Assembly (NCBI GenBank): GCA_973895155.1
Contig: OZ316896.1
Location: 9,683,525-9,747,524, forward strand
Source: Marsupella aquatica
Lineage: Eukaryota; Plantae; Marchantiophyta
Length of the DNA stretch: 64,000 nucleotides
Direction of reading: 5' to 3'
Positions 1 through 11,679 of this stretch are shown piece by piece; the stretch's first letter is position 1; each line of letters begins with the position of its first letter. Both the position numbers and the translations under genes were made by a program. The notes beneath the pieces were generated by a model that saw only the letters and a list, made by a program, of their open reading frames with translations, was not told where the DNA came from and searched no databases.

Positions 1-2059
1 TAAAAAATTCATGAAATTTCACATGTTCTAGATTTTGCGCTTCTCCTTTGGGAACGAGACATGTCATCATAGTCATTCGTAGCAGCCTCTTGTTTAACCA
101 CTGGCATTTCCAGGGTATATCATCAACAGCAGACGAGCTGCATAAGTGGCCAGAGTATAGTTGAAAGTAGTCTTGGTGCTGTTGTGAAGAAGGCACAGAG
201 CCTGGTGTATATTCCTGTCAAAAGCATCCAGTCTGCTAATATATTTTGGCCTATTAATTGAAGTTCGGCCACTCGAATTTGCGCTACTCTGTTTGGGCAC
301 TGATCCATTAATCATCCATTTTCAAGGGATGTCTTGTTTTTAAATCATATACTGGGCGTCGAATGTCGATGTGGACCAAATTTGTTTACCTTACTGGCAA
401 CTGTTTCGTAGCCCTGTCGACTTCAAAGAGAAGCATTTACGGCCTTTTGATCAGAGTGCATATATCCCCTTCCGGGATTCGTCAATTCATATTGATGTAG
501 ATTAACGCATGATTTGATTTGCATCCCAACCATTTTTCTTACAAATTATGGTCCCAATTGGAGGAAACAGCATCACAGTTCCCATATGTGAATGTTGTCA
601 GAGTTTTCCACGGCTGTCCTCTAGTTACTACCAATAGCGAACATTCGTTACAACTTGGGTACTTGCCTCAAATAGGTCGAGTCTGAGACCTGAACATGGA
701 GGTTGAGATCAAGCTATATGGTTTTTGGGTAGTATTGTTTCACATTAAGCTTGACATTGCATTCAACGCAGAAGAACTTTGAAGCACCAGATCCAAGTTT
801 TTCAATTGGCTCCTTGCAGTACAGTGAAATCATTAAAACTAGTTTCCCTCTATTTTAGAGTAGTCGGGCGCACCTTGTAGCGAAATGCCTTTCTGAATCT
901 TTACTTTAGACCTTGATGCGTGTTATGTTCTCTATGTTGGGTCAGGTACCGTTATCTTATTGGCAAGATCTTGACCTGAATCCTGAATTAGCTTTAATCT
1001 GCTTTCTTGCCTTGCCACATGCTCTGCTACACTGGCGGTTTGATTCGAGTCCCACCTGCAGGTAATGTTTTCAATATGTCAGCTTCTAACATTTCTGGTT
1101 GCCAAGGTCAATTGCAATCCCCGCAGGTCATGGCTTAGCTCACTGTTCTAATCTTCCACTTTGCTTGAGAATTGGCTGACATCGTAAGCGAAAGTGTTGC
1201 CTCAGCTGCAGTGCGAATGGAGATGAGCCCTTAGATAGCAACAAGAGAAGGACTTGCAGCGGTGGGAATAGGAACACTCGGGTGTCAATCAGCTTTAGAT
1301 ATCAATCGAAGACTGACATTTTCTTTACATAGTTCTGTTGATGCATCTTGAATTGGGGGAAAAGTCCTAGGTGGAGAGAAGGGTTTATGGGTAGCCGTCA
1401 ATAAATCTTGGTTACAAATTTGTGCTAATATGGAAGGTATTGAGCAAGGACAACCGCTTTGTTTCTGTTTCACGCGATTTTCCATCTGTTTACATGAGAG
1501 CAAAAGTTGTTTCTAATATGGAGTTTATGGAGCAAGGACAACCGCTTTCCTTTTGTTTCAGACAACCACCTTATTTCTGGATCAGACGACATTTCATCTG
1601 TTTCCCATGAAAATAAAGTGAATTCTTATGAAAAGGCCCACTTTAAGCTAATTGTAAGAGAGCTGGCTGGGGCAGTCGAGATCTGGGAGCCAGTGTAAGG
1701 AAGACAGTATCCCACTATCAGGAAGGCCTAGATTATCAATTATGTCGAAGTCCTGTGGGGGAGAATGAGGACTCAGTCTGTGTTTTAGACCATGGATTGT
1801 GGCTTTTACAGCGTTGAATCCCTTGTAGCCGAAGAACCCACGAGGTGCAGTCCAGATACAGTGTTTGAGTTGCCAGTCCATGGCAGGTTTTGTTCAATTT
1901 GAGGCTACCACGAAGGCTGGTAAATTGTTTGCTGGGAATGTTCTCCGTCCTATCTTACATGTTGGGAGTATGTGCATGTTCTGTTCCCATATACCAGAAT
2001 CTGAAGCTCAAATGGACCTCCATGTTGTCTGTGAAGCCAGTATGGACTGGCAAAGCTCA

Positions 2060-2305
2060 GATGGACTTGCTCAGAACCTTGATATTGACCCAGATAACAT
2101 TGGTTAAACTGGATTGACAATCTTGTCCCTACCCTTTGCAGTTGGTTTCCATTACATTACCAAACGGGTCTCCTTGGTAACTTGACAACTTGACTACCTT
2201 GAACCTGAAAGAAGTCCCTGTGCATTACTCAGGAACACCGGGTCTCCTTGGTAGCTTGACTACCTTGAATCTCAAAGAAGTCCCTGTATTACTCAGGAAC
2301 ACCGG
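2060..2305 (+). pseudogene. Degraded leucine-rich-repeat coding remnant
   Basis: Interrupted translation gives PDNIG*TGLTILSL, LLGNLTT and LLGSLTTLNLKE, resembling plant LRR units (LPxxIGxLxxLxxLxL). Includes a ~70-bp tandem duplication (2166-2305). Contains stops and frameshifts. Upstream 1-2060 looks coding-derived but I cannot assign it. Confidence 0.35.
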
Positions 2306-2469
2306 GTTTTCACTCGACTCACATTTAATTTTTCAAGTATTAAAGTGGAATCATGATTTATAATATTGGTAATCTTTGTGCTCATCTGAAATGGAGCTAA
2401 TGATCTCCAAAAAGTTTCATACTTTGTCAATGAATAGAATGGACATCAAAGACCATGCTGAAAATATTC

Positions 2470-3763
2470 TAACTTGAAAGGAGATCCAGAAGTCCATCAA
2501 ATAAATTGACATATCTGTCAAATTCAAAGGTGAAGTTGCTGTTGCAAACAGTTGACGACTTGATGACCTTGTCAAGTAAGTCGTCAAGCTCATCTTGAAA
2601 ATGCGCTATGTACTCGCAAAATTTGTGATGACTTGATGATTTTCTGTAGCATGGGGCTCTATTCGGTGATATGGGAGCAATAGAGTGGTGCAAATGTTTT
2701 TGACCACACCTTCCATCTCACTGATCCATTTCCTGATTTTGTATAGGGTTGAGATTGTAGATTCTATGTGAAGAAGCTCCATTCTTCTCCACTCTACACT
2801 GCTAAGACATTCAGGTGACATTACACTGGGCAGAGGGCATTTTCCAAAAGCGTGACTGGACGTCTTGACTATTTTCTCCAGAGGGACGTCAAAGTTGGCA
2901 AATACAATACACAACCAGTTCTTTTCTCTTTTTGGAGTAAATGCACTGATCACTTTGTGCAGTCTAGGAATGGGCTGGGACAACGCCTTGGTCCATCCAG
3001 GCTTCAGATTGCATATACCATGGAAGGCACAAAAACATGTTTTTTTCTTTTCAGACTGGAGACCAAAGCCTGATGGACCTTGCCTGTACGGACATCCACA
3101 AAAACAATATTTTTTCTTTTCAAATTATAGGAGAATAAAAACTGGACCCCTGGCGGACTTTGCATGGATGGACCCATGTTTTCTGGGGAGAGTGGGAGGA
3201 CTTGCTCAGATTGAAATTGACTTAAGCAGCAATGTTTACACTTTCAAATGTGATTGTAAATTATCTCCTTACGGTTTGCAGCCTGTTTCAGTTGCATTGC
3301 CTCCTTGGTGGCATGATAGCCTGGAACCTGCAAGCCTCGAGACTCCATGCCATTACTTAAGAGCAGAGGTGTAACCCAGTTTTCAGTTGATCCATGTGAA
3401 ATTTTGGAAGTGTTTAGGGTTTAGGATCTCCATAATCTCCACATTGGGAGGACTTTTGGATCTCTCAGGTAATAGATTGGACATTATAGACCTTCTTGGG
3501 AACATCTGAGCTTAAACGGAGGTCCAAAAGTCCTTCAATATATACACATCTGCCAAGCCAAAGTTAATATTTCTGTCCCAAACAGTTGACGACTTGATGA
3601 CCCTATCCAGTAGGTCATGAAGCTGTCACATAACGTTTTGAAAATGCACTTTGTACTTGCTATGTTTGTAAGGGCTTGACAATTCCTTTTTTCTTTTTGG
3701 TGTAAAGTTGCGAATCACCTTACCCAGTCCATGGGAATGGGCAAGGACAACGTCTGGGTCCAT
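2470..3763 (-). pseudogene. Two diverged paralogous fragments of an unidentified coding sequence
   Basis: 2490-2620 aligns with 3527-3660 (shared caaacagttgacgacttgatgacc) and 2921-2998 with 3685-3763. Minus-strand translations HFQDELDDLLDKVIKSSTV / HFQNVM*QLHDLLDRVIKSSTV and KVISAFTPKREK / KVIRNFTPKRKK. Both copies are disrupted. Confidence 0.4.
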
Positions 3764-4619
3764 AATTTGTGGCATAGCTAAACTTCAGTTCCACTATGCC
3801 ATAAATGATTTATAGAGATTCATCTTTTCACAGGTAAGAAATTTATTTTCAAATTTAGGGGGCTGACATAAGTATATTTTCTAGATTTTTTACGTTTTTT
3901 TACTTCAAAGAATATTGGTCAAGGATAGTCATGGACGTATTTTGCTTTGCCCCCCCCCCCCCCCCCCCCCCTTCCATTTGATTTTACAACACAAGTAAAG
4001 AGCTCAAGAATATAAACCAACCAATTAGCGGGACAGGGGTTCCCATTGCAACTTGAAGCCAGCAACACAATTTTGGGAAAGATGACCAAAAGATGGCTAA
4101 GGACAACAATATTTGTTTAAATACTAAATCGATGTCATTCTAGTTGTGCCTAGATTTGTGTTCGGCAGGTCTGGGGTTTGATACTCAAGGATAAATTTTG
4201 ATTTTGCATTAAATAACCCTTTTGAGGGTAGGAAAAGGTTCCATTTGCTTTTGACAAAAGGATTGTGCCTAGGGAGAAATTGAGTCATTCTTGAGAGTTT
4301 TTAGATCTTGTTGTAGTTGAGAAAAAGTGCATTTGTTACACTATACATAGCTGCAATTGTCAGCAAATCCATCTGGTCTTGCCAGCACAATGTAGCCATG
4401 GGGATACTCTCATGAATTGAAAAAAGATTATAGTGTCTCAACTACTGTAGCTGGAACACATATAGCACCATAGTGGCTTTAATTCAACGTACAAAGGGAA
4501 CGACCCCTACTGCCATCCTCCACAAGACATGCTGTAATTTTATAGGATTAAGGGAGTGTTGGGCCAAAAACTTGCTTACCCCCCCCCCCACCCCCAAGTT
4601 CATGCAAAACCCTGAGAAA

Positions 4620-6930
4620 GAAAAAGAAATCTTACCCTCAATAACTCGAGCCAAGGGGCCAGCGGGTAGGGGTTATTAGCTAATGAAGCACCAAACAAGT
4701 CCAACAATAAAAAAACCAAATATATACACACTTTTTATATACAAAGGGACCAAACAGAGTACAAATGAACAAACAAAAGAGGGCCCAAGTGGACAAAACC
4801 AATCGAAAAAGAAGTGAGCAAAAGGGAACCACTAAACACCAAGAAAGAGGAACTAAAAGTAAGAAATGAACAATAGGGAACCCCTAAAAACCAAGAAAGA
4901 GAGAGAGACTAAAACTAACCCAAGCGGACCGAGGTCCTCATCATTCCTACCGATTGTGGCAAAAAGCTAATGGTCCACATCAAGAGTCAAAACTAGATCG
5001 GCAAGTGGGATTGGAACATCCTCAAGGGGAGCTAGCCGCTGCGGAGGCACACTAGCACCCACTGTAAGAGATCGACGATAGATGGCCCGAGCTTGAGCAC
5101 GCTGTAAGGTGACTGAAATGCGTTGGCGAAAGTGCGTGGTCAAAATAGAAAGCGGGGGTCCGGTGGGACCCATTCGGCCATGAACATCCCGGGCAGCTTG
5201 CCGAAGAAGCCCATCAAACTGAGGATGAAGACGCCCAAATAGCTCCACAGCAAGGGGGAGGAAGCTGTCGGATGAAGCTCGTGCAGCATATTTGGCCTCC
5301 TTCGTTGTTGCCGCACGTGACGCTGCTGCCCCTGCCGTAGTTGCCGCTATCCCAATGATGTCTTGGCGCAATGGGTTTGCCACCACAACATCTGCCAAAG
5401 TACGTTGACCCTCACGGACCATGGTAAGATCCACCCGTAACCGCTGTGATGGAGGACCAGGTAACTCGAGTACCACCTCCCGCCGCACGCATACCAAAGA
5501 GCCAGAGAGAACCTGAGCAGTCGCATCTCGCACAACGTCGTGAACAATAATGGTTTCACCTCCCAAACTGCACCGAAGAAGATGGACACCTGTGGCATCA
5601 CAAGGCTTCCCACAAGTGCAAGAAGGAGGTAAACCTGCAAGAAGTGGGTGGGGCAGCCCCAGACGAAGATGCATGGCTGTGGAGAACTCCGTTGAAGACA
5701 TCCGCAAATGAGGAATGACTGGATTGGCCTGAAGCCATCCACCTGCGCCCTTCCCTCTGGAAGAAAGAATCCGAGCTCGGTCCGTGTCAGGTGCCTCGGA
5801 GAGGATGCTGGAAAGGGTGAAAGTGTGCATACGCCCAGCGAGGTCTGCCTGAAGACGAACGGGATCCAAGGATAAAAACTCTTGGAAAGAAGGTAACGCG
5901 GCGCGAACGGGATCTGGTAATGAGGACCGCGCTGCGCGCAAATGAACCTGAAACGGGAGGGAACCCTCCTCTACCTCCATGAGAGATGAAAGTAAAAAAG
6001 GGCGATCCTCAATAAGAAAACGATCGGCCAACAACGAGAAGGTGGCCGCCCACGCACCCAAAAAGACCAAAGGTGCAAGGCTCTCAATGGAAGTAAGCCC
6101 AAAACCACCTTGCGAAATAGGAAGACTGAGTTGTCGATGAAGCCACGGAGATGAGAGCAACGTACCCGGACCTAAAAGAGAGGCCAGGGTCTGACGAATG
6201 GAGACATCAAATGCTCGAAGGTGGAGACAAAGATCCTCGGTAGGGGGATGCGTCCTAGCCAGATAAGACGCACGAGGGTGGATGCACCTCAACAACATCC
6301 CAAATGCTGCTTGAGAATCTGCTAACTTAGGGAGCATAGGAGTATGGGCTAAGGCAGCCTGTATAGAGTCAGCGATGAAAGATGAGCAAAAGGAGGCGGT
6401 ACCGACTGGGGAGCCAAGGACCCGAAGACCATCGGCTGGACGTAAGAACCCTGGGGGAAGCACAAGATCAGAGGGTAACCCAGCTGGACTCCATGCACGA
6501 CTCTTCACAGGCTGAACTCGTAAACCGAGGCCCATCAAATGGGTGGAAAGAGTGGCGAGGGCAAAAGTAACCGCGGCAGGAGGACCAATGATGTGGGTGT
6601 CATCTGAAAGGGAGGGGAAGATACACTGGGGGTGGGCCATGGCAGCTTCCCGTAAAGCTGTAAAATGGGCAATGGCAAAAAGAGGCCCACCCAAAGGGTC
6701 ACCCTGACGTGTACCTTCTGCAGAGGAAAGAGTGGTATACACACCTGTAGAGGAGTGATGACTATAGAAGAGTGGGGCCTCGAGTCCATAAAAACAACGG
6801 ACAAAGGGGATCAGGGACTGGATGTCTGGATCCGCCGCCCTCAAAGCACGAAAAATGGCTACCCGAGAAACCGTATTAAAAGCGTTAGAGACATCAACTT
6901 GGAGGACAACCCAATCAGGGTGATCTAGAG
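4620..6930 (-). mobile_element. 5'-truncated non-LTR retrotransposon with restriction-like endonuclease (CRE-like)
   Basis: Uninterrupted frame 6928->4967 with RT motifs (LQVDVSNAFN, GTRQGDPLGGPLF, SLSDD, LRVLGSPVG), LPISQGGFGL, a CCHC knuckle (CTCG...HLLRC) and RLE motifs (HD..RD, RVDL..ADV..KEAKY..PLAVE.FG). It is followed by a U-rich 3' UTR to ~4620. The 3' boundary is approximate and no TSD was found. Confidence 0.9.
4967..6928 (-). CDS. Truncated RT-CCHC-RLE polyprotein (about 653 codons) of the retroelement, without its own start codon
   Basis: ORF track 4967..7132. RT-like sequence begins only at LDHPDWVVLQVD (codon 69, nt 6928); the upstream codons are flanking DNA. Confidence 0.8.
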   Translation of the reverse strand, partial: LDHPDWVVLQVDVSNAFNTVSRVAIFRALRAADPDIQSLIPFVRCFYGLEAPLFYSHHSSTGVYTTLSSAEGTRQGDPLGGPLFAIAHFTALREAAMAHPQCIFPSLSDDTHIIGPPAAVTFALATLSTHLMGLGLRVQPVKSRAWSPAGLPSDLVLPPGFLRPADGLRVLGSPVGTASFCSSFIADSIQAALAHTPMLPKLADSQAAFGMLLRCIHPRASYLARTHPPTEDLCLHLRAFDVSIRQTLASLLGPGTLLSSPWLHRQLSLPISQGGFGLTSIESLAPLVFLGAWAATFSLLADRFLIEDRPFLLSSLMEVEEGSLPFQVHLRAARSSLPDPVRAALPSFQEFLSLDPVRLQADLAGRMHTFTLSSILSEAPDTDRARILSSRGKGAGGWLQANPVIPHLRMSSTEFSTAMHLRLGLPHPLLAGLPPSCTCGKPCDATGVHLLRCSLGGETIIVHDVVRDATAQVLSGSLVCVRREVVLELPGPPSQRLRVDLTMVREGQRTLADVVVANPLRQDIIGIAATTAGAAASRAATTKEAKYAARASSDSFLPLAVELFGRLHPQFDGLLRQAARDVHGRMGPTGPPLSILTTHFRQRISVTLQRAQARAIYRRSLTVGASVPPQRLAPLEDVPIPLADLVLTLDVDH

Positions 6931-9784
6931 AGTCTTTGATAAAACTACAAGGCCTCAGTTTTTCTTTTGCGGGGTCAAGTCTTTTGCTGATAAACACCTG
7001 GTTAAAATTTATAGTGGTAAATAAATATGCAAATAAGATCTGTGCATCGTAAGCTATCCCTAGTCTCTGTATGGGAAAATGAACTGTAACGATCCTCCCC
7101 TCCCCTCCCCTCCCCTCCCGCCCCCCACCCAAGATATGGGTTCACTTACCCTTCACTACAATAATTGCAGTAGAGGTGTCCCTGGGTCCACGTAGGTGAT
7201 GTAGCCTCCTTTGTGGCATCTTAGAATTCCTACTTTCATGCGAAACAAACTATTCCCTAGTAGTTTACTGAAGAGCATCAACAGCCCTTAGGCATCAATC
7301 ACTATAATATCTTATCCTGCCAAAAGGAGCCTTTGTCCGTTTAAAAACTAACTTTTGTAGAGAATCCATGATAGGCTTCAGACTCAAATTTTCACAATTT
7401 CTTGCTGTGAGTGTGGGACCTGTTTTGCGCAACAACATCTTCTGTGCAAATGACATACTATACACAATGACATCTCTTTAGCAATGACATATTTTGTGGA
7501 ACGACCCTTTCTGGAAAAGACATTTTCTGTGCAAGGACATCTTTTCTCATCAACATCTTTTGTGCAATGCACATGTATTGAGCTAGTCTATACTACAGTT
7601 TGCTATAAAAAGTTACGATTCATGACCTATTCGAAGAATGAAGCATAGGCTAGTATCACAGAGATTCTTTATTTAGATTTTGTTGGTGAGAAGGATAGGC
7701 ATGGGAGGCAGGATACATGACCTACTCCATAAAATGAAGCTATATATATAGCCTGGTTGGTATAATAAACTTTTAATATTAGATTGTGCTGTGAACAGTA
7801 TACCCACCAGGGTCTGGATACTTATAGGCCTTAGTGCTAATTAGGGTGGCTTTACAATTGAGGATTAATTAGCCCAAATCCCAGGCTTGGAGTGTCCAGA
7901 CTCAATTAGGGTGGCCTTACAATGTTCTAAAAATAGATGTGCTTGGACTCAAAATCACTTCAAATGAGATTAGAAAATGTAAATCCATTGAATGAAGGAG
8001 CCAAAGGTTGGAAATGTTTTTGACCACCTTCTAAAGGGGGTCTAACATTGTAGACAAAGAAACTCTTGGCATCAACATTTCCTTGGACCCACTGCTTGCC
8101 ATATAGGATACTTAGACACCACACCTGAATGGGCCTTTGGGATCTTGAATTGTCTACAGTAACCAGTTCCACTCATTACACAATCCATATTCAATCCTAA
8201 AAGATGCAATGGGGGTCTCAAACCTCAAAATTTGATGGACCTTAACTTAGTCAGTAGTTAACATTACAGAGAGAAAAAGTTATGGACTACCATATCATAA
8301 TCCATAACTTTTTGCCATAAATATTGGTCATATGCCATGGCCAAAGGTCACTCTAGAGGCACGACCAAAACAAAATATAAAAACAAATTACATAACCTTA
8401 TGCCATTTGTTTATGACCAAAATCCATCATCCTCAGGTTTGAAGCTTTGACATGTGCCTAACATATTTTAAAGCCACCCCGTGTTTAAAAACAAACATAA
8501 GGTAGGGTTTAAAAACAAACATGAGGGAAGGGGAATGGAAAGTAATGCGCAGCTGGCCAGACCTAGGGATTTGTAGTGAAGCCCTGAATGATGGATTTTC
8601 AAATTGGTTGGACTGGTATAGAATTTCTAGATAGACTCTGGTAATATCTTTTACAGTTTTAACTAAATTCAGACCTGTAAATGGGATCCTGATTGTTTGC
8701 AACTAATTTTAATTAGTTTACCCGGTCTTAACTTACTCCCCATGCCCCAACTCTTCGAGGGATCCTTCCCAAAGTGATATTGCCCAAATTACTCAGAGAG
8801 TCCCTCACAAAAGTGAAGTGTCCATTGGCAGTTGATCTAATAATATTTATGTTAAGTATTTACTCTTAGGTCTAGGGTTATCAGTGTTACCATAGTTAGG
8901 GCTGACCTTAGTTGTGGACTAGGCTAGGTTAACTAGGTTGTACACTATATCCCAAATGATGTTTGCTTGGATAGGAGGAACTCAAGCTCATTGTGACGAA
9001 ATCAGTTGAGAGATAGGGAGATCTTGTACTGCAGAGACTTGATATGGCCGATGGACCTAGAGTCCGGTAAAGCTCTCGTGTGTTCTTGTGAACATAGACT
9101 CAGCCAAGGTGAACCACATATCTCTTTGTGTCAATTATTTGTGCATTGGATGGTTCATGAACTTGTCATTATAAATGTCATTTATGCTCAACAATTTATC
9201 TGTTTTAGCAATTGTTGGAAATAGAGCAAATGGACTTGGAAAAATCTCAAACTTTGTGAGTTAATAGATTGGACTTCAGAAAAATGTTGGAAAATTTTGA
9301 GAGTAAGCAAATATATGATTAATAGGGCGCGACATTAGGTGCCCAACTCGGGACACTCTTGTGTATGGTCCAGTTTGCAAAATTCACATATTTGAGACGC
9401 ACTAATAAAGCATCCTTTGGAAAGTAAAGTAGTTGGTCACTATTTTTCCAGGCGACACATCATAGAAGCATATGTGTGGAGCATACCAGGATCCAATGAT
9501 TCGAAAGGAGAGGACGGGACCGAGCTGCGTGGATCCAGGCATTTTGTCAAACGTTTGGGGTCCATGGGGCTGCAGTTTCTCGAATTCTGGGCTAGGCGCC
9601 ATTTCGGCCCTTTGGTTTACAATTATTTATTTAAAATAAAATAAAATGCCCCGAGTCACAAGTACGGTAGATTCGGCGGTGGAATGTTTGCGCCCGACTT
9701 TGTACCGTACTTGTTGGCGTGCTGGGACTGGTCTAGACGGTGACCGAGCTCACTTTTCACTTTCCGCGATTTGTTTTTCAGAAT

Positions 9785-10090
9785 GTCGTCACTTCGGGAA
9801 GGGAGCCTGCCCGGGAGCCTGCCCGGGACTCGAAACTGGGAGCGAAAAGGGTTTTTGCTCCCGCGGGCAGGACGTCAATTCGGGACGGGAGCCTGCCCGG
9901 GAGAGAGTCGGAACGGGGAACTAAATTTTTTGCTCTCAAGGGCAGGACGCCACGTCGGGATGGGAGCCTGCCCGGGACTCGGAACGGCGAACGAAAACGT
10001 TTTCGCTCCGAGGGCAGGACGTCACTTCGGGACGGGAGCCTGCCCAGGTGTCGGAACGGCGACGATAAGTTTTTGGCGCCCCGGGCAAGA
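9785..10090. repeat. GC-rich ~72-76 bp minisatellite, about 4.3 units, each with internal inverted repeats
   Basis: GGGAGCCTGCCC occurs at 9801, 9813, 9887, 9962 and 10034; GGGCAGGACG at 9865, 9940 and 10012. Confidence 0.85.
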
Positions 10091-10225
10091 CTTGGATGCC
10101 TTTTTTGCATTGGGCAGAATAAGAACGGCAAACAAGCATGATAAAAAGTTTAGAGTCTTATTATTAATTAAGACAAACGCTATACCCCTCGTTATGGTCT
10201 CTCTTACTGGGATTATATATTAAGT

Positions 10226-10521
10226 TTCCACGCAGGGTAACCCAGGCCCCAAGGGGGTTATGGAATGTGGTTCCGGAGGTCGGTGAGCCTGAGGGGTTAC
10301 AGCCATGGCCCCTGAAAAACCAGGGACTGCCTAGTGTAACCCATGAGTGTAGTTTGGCTTTATTTTTTACTTGCATCTGACATTGGATAATTCTCGAGGT
10401 GGACACTGTTGTTAAAAAGCTGATTTTATCTACTGGAGTGGAACAGGAAGCTAGATAAGGGTCTAATTCTTGGGTGAAACTTCGGACCATAACTCTGGGG
10501 GCACAACTATGGGCGTGGAAA
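10226..10521. mobile_element. Possible degenerate MITE
   Basis: Terminal TTCCACGC ... GCGTGGAA, with imperfect subterminal complementarity (gcccca..gttatgg / ccataac..tggggc). No TSD seen. Confidence 0.3.
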
Positions 10522-11679
10522 TGGAAATGAACATAATGATACTTATCATGTACTTATATGAGCAAAGCTTTGGCATTCAGGCGAGCCACATTCAAATATA
10601 GACCTAACTATTGACATGTTAATTTCGTGAATATAAAATAATGGATGAGCAACCTGGAAATTGCTGTTCATCCATGGGTTCATGTCATTGGCTTGGGCTA
10701 GAGCTAATGAAAATAAGATCAGCTACAGTAGATATTTGAGTCCCCAAAATTATGATGGCACAGGCCTAACGATATGAAATTAATATTGGCTCAATATTTG
10801 AGCCCATAATCCTGTGCATCTTGCTGACATACTTCCATCCGCCCAGAGGCACACACAAATGGGGTGTGTGGCTTGCCAAAGGAGAGGAGGGCAAACAAAC
10901 CCAAAATCAAAGACAGCTAGGGCATCATTCACTCTTTTCCAGTGTGACTTATGACCCACACCTCCAATTTTTGCTCCTACCTTCCTGAGCAATAGGCAAC
11001 AGCACACACATTCAATTTTCTCCGTTTGTTGTGGGGTCAAGCAAAGCCAGGCCAACTGAGCTGAGCCATGCCCAGCCCAGCCCAGCTGGCTGAACTGTTT
11101 TTGGAAGGCAGCAGTGGAGAGAATTGCTTCCATTTTAGTAGTTCATCAAATCACAATAGTGTCCAGTTTGTTATGTGCATTTACACGCTGGCATCTTTCA
11201 TAGGCTGGCTAATTTGCATACCCTACAGAATATCAGGTTAGCGCAATAAATAAATAAATATCAACAAGTGGAATCTCTGGGAGAAATTTAGAAGTTTTTT
11301 AGATAGCTTTTGGAAAACTTGGGGAAACTATTCTAAACATTTGTTACTGTAAAACATTGGATTTATCAGTCTTTGTCAGTGTTTAACTTGGCTTTAAAGC
11401 AAAGAATAAAATCTTGAAAAATCATATACGGCATTCCACAAGAAAGCAAAAAAAAAAAAAACCATTATTGGAAAGCTGAAATCCTGGACAAAATATAGTA
11501 TGACGAGCCTGTAACATGGGAAAATTTGAAAATGCTTAGTTGAGAATATTCAGGGATCTAAAACAAGGATTTTTCCAGTGTTTACAAATGAAAAGTAAAT
11601 CTTAGAGAAATTATTTCTAGAATTGGGCATGATTTGAAAAATTATTAATTTTTTGAGAGCACAATTTGTAAACCTGATC

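Noticed and set aside
4000-4570. CACTA-transposase-like fragment (TQFLPRHNPF) on the minus strand
   Set aside because: A single short motif among many stops is insufficient.
6929-7132. First 68 aa of the 721-aa ORF as a real N-terminus or host-TE fusion
   Set aside because: It starts at TTG in a (GGGGA)n tract, is AT-rich and has no RT similarity; it is chance open flank beyond the truncation point.
9785-10090. CRISPR-like array of palindromic repeats
   Set aside because: The 'spacers' are homologous to each other, there are no cas genes and the context is eukaryotic; it is a minisatellite.
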